From Eledone cirrhosa (taxonomy: Eukaryota), in the NCBI GenBank assembly GCA_964016885.1, contig OZ024745.1, positions 130,448,001 through 130,512,000 on the forward strand: 64,000 nucleotides of DNA. Reading direction: 5' to 3'. Both the position numbers and the translations under genes were made by a program. Below, in pieces: positions 55,763-64,000 of this stretch; the stretch's first letter is position 1; every line of letters starts with the position of its first letter. Under the pieces are notes generated by a model. It was not told where the DNA came from. It worked only from the letters and a program-made list of their open reading frames with translations, and did no database searches.

Positions 55763-55875
55763 GCACACACAAACAAATATATATATATATTCATATATAT
55801 ATATATATATTATTTATATATATGTTTATTTATATATATATAGTAACCACAAGTTACTCACATAATAACAAATAC

Positions 55876-55937
<62 letters not shown>

Positions 55938-56242
55938 TAGTTTAGTCAACTCTTTGTTTCTTTACAAACGATTTATAGAGTTCAATATTTCAAACTGTTA
56001 TTGATGAACAAACGAATAATGAAATATTTTGAAACGAAAATATTTTTGTCTATCTAGCTTTATAGAATAATTATGTTTCTTATTTGGTGATTTTATTTAT
56101 CTGTTCTATTCTCATGATTGACAGGAAATGTTAATATATATGAAACAGAACCAAAGAACATTATTTTATATAATAATATAAATATGAGTTTAGTCACTAA
56201 GGACATAACTAATTCTACTGCCTGATGTAACCCTTTCTGAAA

Positions 56243-56304
<62 letters not shown>

Positions 56305-56309
<5 letters not shown>

Positions 56310-57223
56310 TATGAAGAGAGAAGAAACATTTAGATATAATTAGTAATAAAATGTATCATACCTAAACTGCTCCTAGATTCCTCGACTACGTAGTTTCGTG
56401 GCATAAACAAAAACAATACATCATAAAGATATAGAGTCCTTGCGAGGTCTGCCGACTTATCAAGAGGATACCTCATTTTACTAGCCCCAAGAACGCATCT
56501 ACACGACGTGAGAAAGAATCCCAAAAGGCGGAGGGGGAGGTAGTCACGCGATATAACGGTCGAGAAACAGAGCTAAGCCTCTTATAACCCCGAAGAAAAT
56601 ACCACGGAGGCGGAGGGGGTATTTATATCGAAGCCGTAGAAGAGGTGGTGAAGGAGACGAGAAGTATGAGTAATAGCAGCTTTCCAGCAGTCACCACACT
56701 TCAAAGATTACTCAACCAGAGGGAGTTATTAACAATATATTTAGAAACACACAGATACATGCGGACACACACATATACATGAATGCATCCACACCCAACC
56801 GTGAGTTAAGGGTGCCAACCTCACCGATGTTGCTCAATGAATGACTGGGACAGACCAATCCGGCTGAACCAGATTGAACCAGTATCAGAGTTAAAAATAC
56901 ATTATGAAGAGAGAAGAAACATTTAGATATTAGTAATAAAATGTATCATACCTAAACTGCTCCTAGATTCCTCGACTACGTAGTTTCGTGGCATAAACAA
57001 AAACTTTAGGTATGATACATTTTATTACTAATTATATCTAAATGTTTCTTCTCTCTTCATAATGTATTTTTAACTCTGATACTGGTTCAGTCTGGTTCAG
57101 CCGGATTGGTCTGTCCCAGTCATTCATTGAGCAACATCGGTGAGGTTGGCACCCTTAACTCACGGTTGGGTGTGGATGCATTCATGTATATGTGTGTGTC
57201 CGCATGTATCTGTGTGTTTCTAA

Positions 57224-57229
<6 letters not shown>
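56305..57229 (-). mobile_element. PLE-like element with ~110-bp direct repeats and an inverted duplication
   Basis: 56305-56414 repeats at 56898-57004; 57005-57229 is inverted 56733-56956; GAAAC-TACGTA-GTC in each repeat; TA-flanked. Confidence 0.7.
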
Positions 57230-57289
<60 letters not shown>

Positions 57290-58542
57290 AGAGAGAGGGA
57301 GAGAGAGGTGGTGAGAGAAAGTGCGAGGGAGAGAGAGAAATAATAAGGGAGAGGGTAAGAAAGATAGATAGATAGATAAATATTTTCCTTGTACATTATT
57401 GAGTGCGAACCACTTCGTTTTAAAAAGGTTATTTTCCATCAGCTTACATTCATTAGTTTCATGTAATACTTTATTTAACTATATTGAGGATACCCAGTAA
57501 TGAAATTTCTACAAATTAACCATTTGATTTTGGAACTGCCGTGTAAAATAAGCATATATACTTGCTATTTGAAGAAAATTAACTCCCTACTGTAAGAATC
57601 ATGAAGCGTACTCGTCTTATATTTGGAAACTTTGCAGAGATATTATTCATGTTAAGTCGTTATATGAAGAACTAATCACCCAGTGTACCCTATGTACTAA
57701 TATACATTTAAGACTTGTTCACAGATATATTCGCATAAATGTTATGCAACTATTTTCAGATAAAACTTCATAAACCGTCTGTTATAGTGTTTAGGGTATA
57801 ATTAGAGCTTTTTATTCTAACTATTTTTGCCTGGTCTCTTAACTATTCTGTATAGAAATTTCATTAACCCATTAGAATAGGGGCTAGACCTTCCCAATAT
57901 TTTCTATTTGAACTCAGAAATTGCATTCATTTTTTTTTTTATTAATCTTGAAAATCCTGGGTAATTTCGTGAAATTCTCCTTGTCCGTGTAACTGAATGA
58001 AGTGCCATAGTTAAAAAACATATTTCTAAATTTTCGTTCAGGCATTTTGTATTTTCGTCTGATGAGTGCATACCATAAATAGAGTAATATAACTAACGAG
58101 TTTGAAAGAGTTCTATGATTCTAGTCATCGTCTGCAGTATAACACAGAGATAAACTATTGTGAATGCAACATCTATGAATTAATCCAGTAGGAGACAAGA
58201 AAACATTATATATGCAAGTCATTCTAGGCGATTAACTTTAGCTTTCATAAATAATGTGCTTATATGCAGCAACTTATTTACTATGGATCTACAGTGACTG
58301 GTCAAATATCAACAGCTTATTGAAATACTTCCAGCTTTTCAATTTACTAAGCGCAAAGACATATCCCAATACTCAATCTTTTCTTAACCCCATATATCTT
58401 ACCCTGGATTGTCTCTGTAATATTTCAATAGGGCGAAGAGCGTATATGATATGCTCTTCAAGCGACGCCTAGCTGAGACCGCTTGGAGCTGCCGTCCTGA
58501 TGTTACCATTCTATACCCATTCTGCATCATTCCATGCACTGC

Positions 58543-58580
<38 letters not shown>

Positions 58581-58584
<4 letters not shown>

Positions 58585-59512
58585 TGTAGATGACACAGTA
58601 TTGGCAGCGAACTCTAAGGAGTAAATACAGCACCTCATGAATAAACTCTCGAGGGCCTGCCAGGAACTTAACTTAAACATAGTCTGAGAAAAACCAATGT
58701 ACTGGTCGAAAGTGTCAAGCACCCCCTCACGCCCACCCCCCATCATCATTAACAAGTACGAGCTTGAGTTGATCCATGAATTATTTGACTCCATCGTCAC
58801 TGACAACCTCTCCCTGGACCCCGAGCTCAGCAGGAGAGTTGAACGAGCAGCCTCCACATTTGTCAGGCTGACAAAGAGAGTCTGGGAGAACAGAAAACTA
58901 CAAACACCAAGTTTGCTGTCTACAAGGTGTGTGTCCTCAGCACACTACTTTATGACAGTGAGGCATGGAGCATCTACTCAGGAGCGAAGTCTCAATGTCT
59001 TCCACCTTCGTAGCCTGAGACGCATTTTGGATATGAAGTGGACCGACATGATCATTAACACTATAGTCCTAAACCGCGCCAGGATACCCAGCATATATAC
59101 CCTGCTGTTTGCGACGTCTGCACTGTCTCGGCCACGTACATCGTATGCCAGAGGAGAGGATCCCAAAGGACATAGTGTATGGAGAACTGACCACCGGCGC
59201 AAGAATCCGTAGACGATGTCATCATCGTTTCAAAGAGGGTTGCAAGAGGGATATGAAGTCAATATACTTGAACACGGAGAGGTGGGAGGAGGTCAGTAAT
59301 GAGCGCCCAGAACAGAGACGAGTACTGCACAAAAGGATGGAGCAAAGGGAGTAGAATCTGACCACAACAGCACCGGAAGAGAGCATCTGCATCTGCAGTT
59401 GCTGTATACAGGACTGCCACTCCCGCGTGGGACTGTACTGCGACAGCAGACATTGCCCCACCATCAGCCGCTGACACAAAGTTCCCCAGGAGAGAGTCTA
59501 TGGTCTTTTGAG
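58581..59512 (+). pseudogene. 5'-truncated RTE (BovB-like) LINE, degenerate
   Basis: DDTVLAA, SLRKTNVL, F.RLTKRVWEN, FHLRSLRRIL, RRLH.LGHVHRM..ERIPKDI.YGEL and a terminal C..C...CHSRVGLY...RHC zinc-finger-like motif; frameshifts. Confidence 0.9.
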
Positions 59513-59536
59513 AGCATACACACAACACACACACAC

Positions 59537-59594
<58 letters not shown>

Positions 59595-59846
59595 GTGTGT
59601 GTGTGTTGTGTGTATGCTCTCAAAAGATTATATATATATATATATATTATATATATATATATATATATAAAATATATAAGATCAAAAGATGGTTAAAAGA
59701 GTTCCATGTATTTTATTATGCGCATTTCAAAAACAAATATCATTATGCAATAACACACTTGTGAATAGTGCAGTTTTAAATCAACATATGTTGATTTAAA
59801 ACTGCACTATTCACAAGTGTGTTTTAACCTTCATATCATGTCTCCC

Positions 59847-59917
59847 TATTTTATCTGATGAAAACGCAAATGTTATTGCATGATGATATTTGTTTTTGAA
59901 ATGCGCATAATAAAATA
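59847..59917 (+). ncRNA. Type I hammerhead (family A)
   Basis: TATTTTAT-CTGATGA-AAA C GCAAATGTTAT/ATGATATTTGT T TTT-GAAA-TGCGCA-TA-ATAAAATA. Confidence 0.88.
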
Positions 59918-60046
59918 CATGGAACTCTTTTAAACATCTTTTGATCTTATATATTATTATTTATACTCCAGTTCTACAAACTGTAGAGTACTTCTTATCC
60001 GATATCTGCATTGCTTTATTGTACTACAATAAAACTCACCTCCTAC

Positions 60047-60101
<55 letters not shown>

Positions 60102-60110
60102 TACTCGTTC

Positions 60111-60143
<33 letters not shown>

Positions 60144-60144
60144 G

Positions 60145-60220
<76 letters not shown>

Positions 60221-60250
60221 CTATGTATATATATATATATATATATATAT

Positions 60251-60441
60251 AGGAACGAGTAGGACCCCGACGGCTGAGCTCAAGCCGTTTCGACGGCTAA
60301 TTCTGGACGCAGAATTAGCCGTCGAAACGGCTTGAGCTCAGCCGTGGGGTCCTACTCGTTCCTAGTACCCACTCTACTACCCTAAGTATTGAGTACTTCG
60401 GTGCGTTATGGTCCATCTGGTTCCTTACCACATTTCCTTCG

Positions 60442-60444
<3 letters not shown>
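60251..60444 (+). mobile_element. Family B palindromic element
   Basis: Near-perfect palindrome 60251-60363 centred on gacggctaattct-ggacgc-agaattagccgtc, plus tail. Confidence 0.9.
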
Positions 60445-60532
<88 letters not shown>

Positions 60533-60550
60533 TATATATATATATATATA

Positions 60551-60604
<54 letters not shown>

Positions 60605-60665
60605 TGTATATGTATATATGTATATATATATATATTCATATATATATATATGTATATATGTTTAT

Positions 60666-60698
<33 letters not shown>

Positions 60699-60702
60699 CA
60701 TA

Positions 60703-60788
<86 letters not shown>

Positions 60789-61844
60789 GGAGGTGAGTTT
60801 TATTGTAGTACAATAAAGCAATGCAGATATCGGATAAGAAGCACTCTACAGTTTGTAGGACTGGAGTCCTACAAACTGTAGAGTGCTTCTTATACATAAT
60901 ATATACATAATATACATAATATATAAGATAAAAAGATGGTTAAAAGAGTTCCATGTATTTTATTATGCGCATTTCAAAGTTATTTATTTTTCAAAGTTAT
61001 TTATCATACATTATATAATACTTGTTACACATTCTATATCACTCCTATTTAACACTTCCCTTTCTTCCTTTTCCTTTTCTTTTCTTTTTCTTTTAATTTC
61101 TAACCCCTAATCTGTACCTTTTCTCACTGTGCCTAACATTGAAACAATTATTACATAATACAATATATTCTTACTTTATATCACCTTGAAAAAATCCTTC
61201 GTAAACAAACATTTTTTTTGACGTTAGATATTCATCCTCAATTCATTATTTTTTTCTCCCTTTCATCTAACTTACTCATGCTCATCTCACAATATATCCT
61301 TACTTACATTACTTGTGTTTTTTTAATAATTCATGTCAACATTTTCTTTCTATCCCTTAAATATTATTCTTAATACATATTAACATTTTCTTTCTATCGC
61401 ACATATTATTAAACCCTTAAATATTATTCTTAATACATATTAACAATTTCTTTTCATCGCACATATTATTAAACCCTTCAATATACAAACCTTAACTTTA
61501 CATCATTTTTTTCTCTTCGTTAATTTTCAAATTCTTTTAATTTATACATTATCTTCCAACGGTTTTTCAACCTCTCTATGTAAAACAATATATTTTTCAC
61601 AGTTATAAAAGCTATCTCTCTCTCTATATCACCCATCTCTCCTCCTATCTCATCCTTCCTCATTATACTCCTCCCCCTCCACTTTTTACTCTCATCTCCT
61701 CCTCTTTTTCATCCTTTCCAACCCCCCCCCCCCTCAAAACATTTTTTTCCCCAATATCACACATCAATCTAAAACTACTTTTCATATGTTGATTTAAAAC
61801 TGCACTATCCACAAGTGTGTTTTAACCTTCATATCATGTCTTCC

Positions 61845-61915
61845 TATTTTATCTGATGAAAACACAAATATTATTGCATGATGATATTTGTTTTTGAAAT
61901 GCGCATAATAAAATA
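61845..61915 (+). ncRNA. Type I hammerhead (family A)
   Basis: As 59847, with two G-U pairs replaced by A-U in stem II (ACAAATATTAT). Confidence 0.88.
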
Positions 61916-61945
61916 CATGGAACTCTTTTAACCATCTTTTGATCT

Positions 61946-61987
<42 letters not shown>

Positions 61988-62059
61988 TCTTGAGCCGGTG
62001 GGCAATTCACCATACAGGATGTCTTTTGAGATCCTTCTGTCTGGCATGTCTGGCATACG

Positions 62060-62212
<153 letters not shown>

Positions 62213-62809
62213 CGTGTGTGTGTGCGTGCGTTTTTTGTGCGTGTATGTATATAGGTGTTTGAATGTCTGTTGGGTATATGTATCTAGTATCTTGTGTAAA
62301 ATGTGAACCAGACAGAGATTGTTGATGGGAAGTGAAGCATGGAATAGTCTGTTTGATTCGCTGTACTAAGCAAATAGGTTGCATAAACACCAACAGAGAA
62401 CTATTCCTGTTGTTGGCTAAAATATAGAATGGCAGGGAATGTAAGTGATAAAAGAGCGACACAGTAAAGTGAATAGCGTACAGCTACCCAGAAACAGACA
62501 CACACACACACATATATATAAGTATGTATGTATGTATGTTTTCTCTTTCTCTTAATTTTGAGTATATTTTTTGACCGGCCACCTTCCTGGTGGCAAGGTT
62601 GTAAAAGAAAAGAAATTGTCATCCCTTGAATCGCAAGAATGTTTTGCAAATTTTGAAGGTGCCAGCTATCGCAGCCATTTGTAGACTATGAATTAGGGAG
62701 CTGCGCTTTTTGTCCACAAATCCAAGTTCAGTCATACTTTGGTCCAAGCGGGTTGGTATATAACCCGTAGCACCAATAATGATGGGTATGAAGCTAAAGG
62801 TGTATCTTG

Positions 62810-62842
62810 TGTATGTATGTATGTAGGTATGTATGTATTATG

Positions 62843-62876
<34 letters not shown>

Positions 62877-62937
62877 TGTATGTATGTATGTATGTATATA
62901 TGTATGTATGTATGTATGTAGGTATGTACGTATTATG

Positions 62938-62971
<34 letters not shown>

Positions 62972-63025
62972 TGTAGGTATGTACGTATTATGTATGTATG
63001 TATGTATGTATGTATGTATGTATGT
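62810..63025. repeat. (TATG)n microsatellite
   Basis: Direct reading. Confidence 0.95.
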
Positions 63026-63235
63026 TCCTCTGGTTTTATAATTTCACAATTTTGTACCAATAGAGAGAGTGTTGGTTTCTAACAGAGACACAAGACTCTC
63101 TCATTGGAATTTACACAACATCAACTAGGTAGATATGTATGTATGCTTGTGTAGATATTGATGTTATCGTATGTGTGGATGTGTATGTTTTGAGTTGTAT
63201 GTGTGCATGTGTATATGCTTTGTATCTGTATGTAT

Positions 63236-64000
<765 letters not shown>

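Larger units (their letters stand above)
59675..61950. mobile_element. Nest of family A copies in alternating orientation, with a family B insert
   Basis: Inverted tail 59675-59751; 72-bp palindrome 59752-59823; HHR and tail to 60048; inverted tail 60784-60978; long pyrimidine-rich upstream region; HHR at 61845. Confidence 0.85.

Noticed and set aside
58078-58130. CTGATGA near 58059 with a later GAAA
   Set aside because: No stem I, II or III pairing can be drawn

Overview
Eukaryotic, AT-rich, microsatellite-saturated non-coding DNA. The SINE sequences and (TA)n/(CA)n density suggest a cephalopod such as Octopus; this is inference. No host protein-coding gene could be supported, and almost all long ORFs in the track are translated simple repeats. 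The window is a transposon graveyard: about 20 copies of one tRNA-derived SINE; RTE, R4/Dong, CRE and CR1 LINE fragments; Tc1/mariner and hAT remnants; and Penelope-like (PLE) RT and GIY-YIG fragments. The standout is a set of short non-coding elements embedded in (TA)n tracts, usually as fold-back palindromes, that carry type I hammerhead ribozymes (HHRs): about 9 with complete cores, several degenerate ones, and about 9 half-ribozyme copies. Stem II covaries between copies around a conserved C-C mismatch, and stem III is palindromic (dimer-type). Otherwise unrelated families share a bulged ACTC...NN-GAGT hairpin downstream. The most likely reading is PLE pLTR-derived or retrozyme-like non-autonomous elements that target (TA)n. 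All folds were read by eye and coordinates were counted manually.
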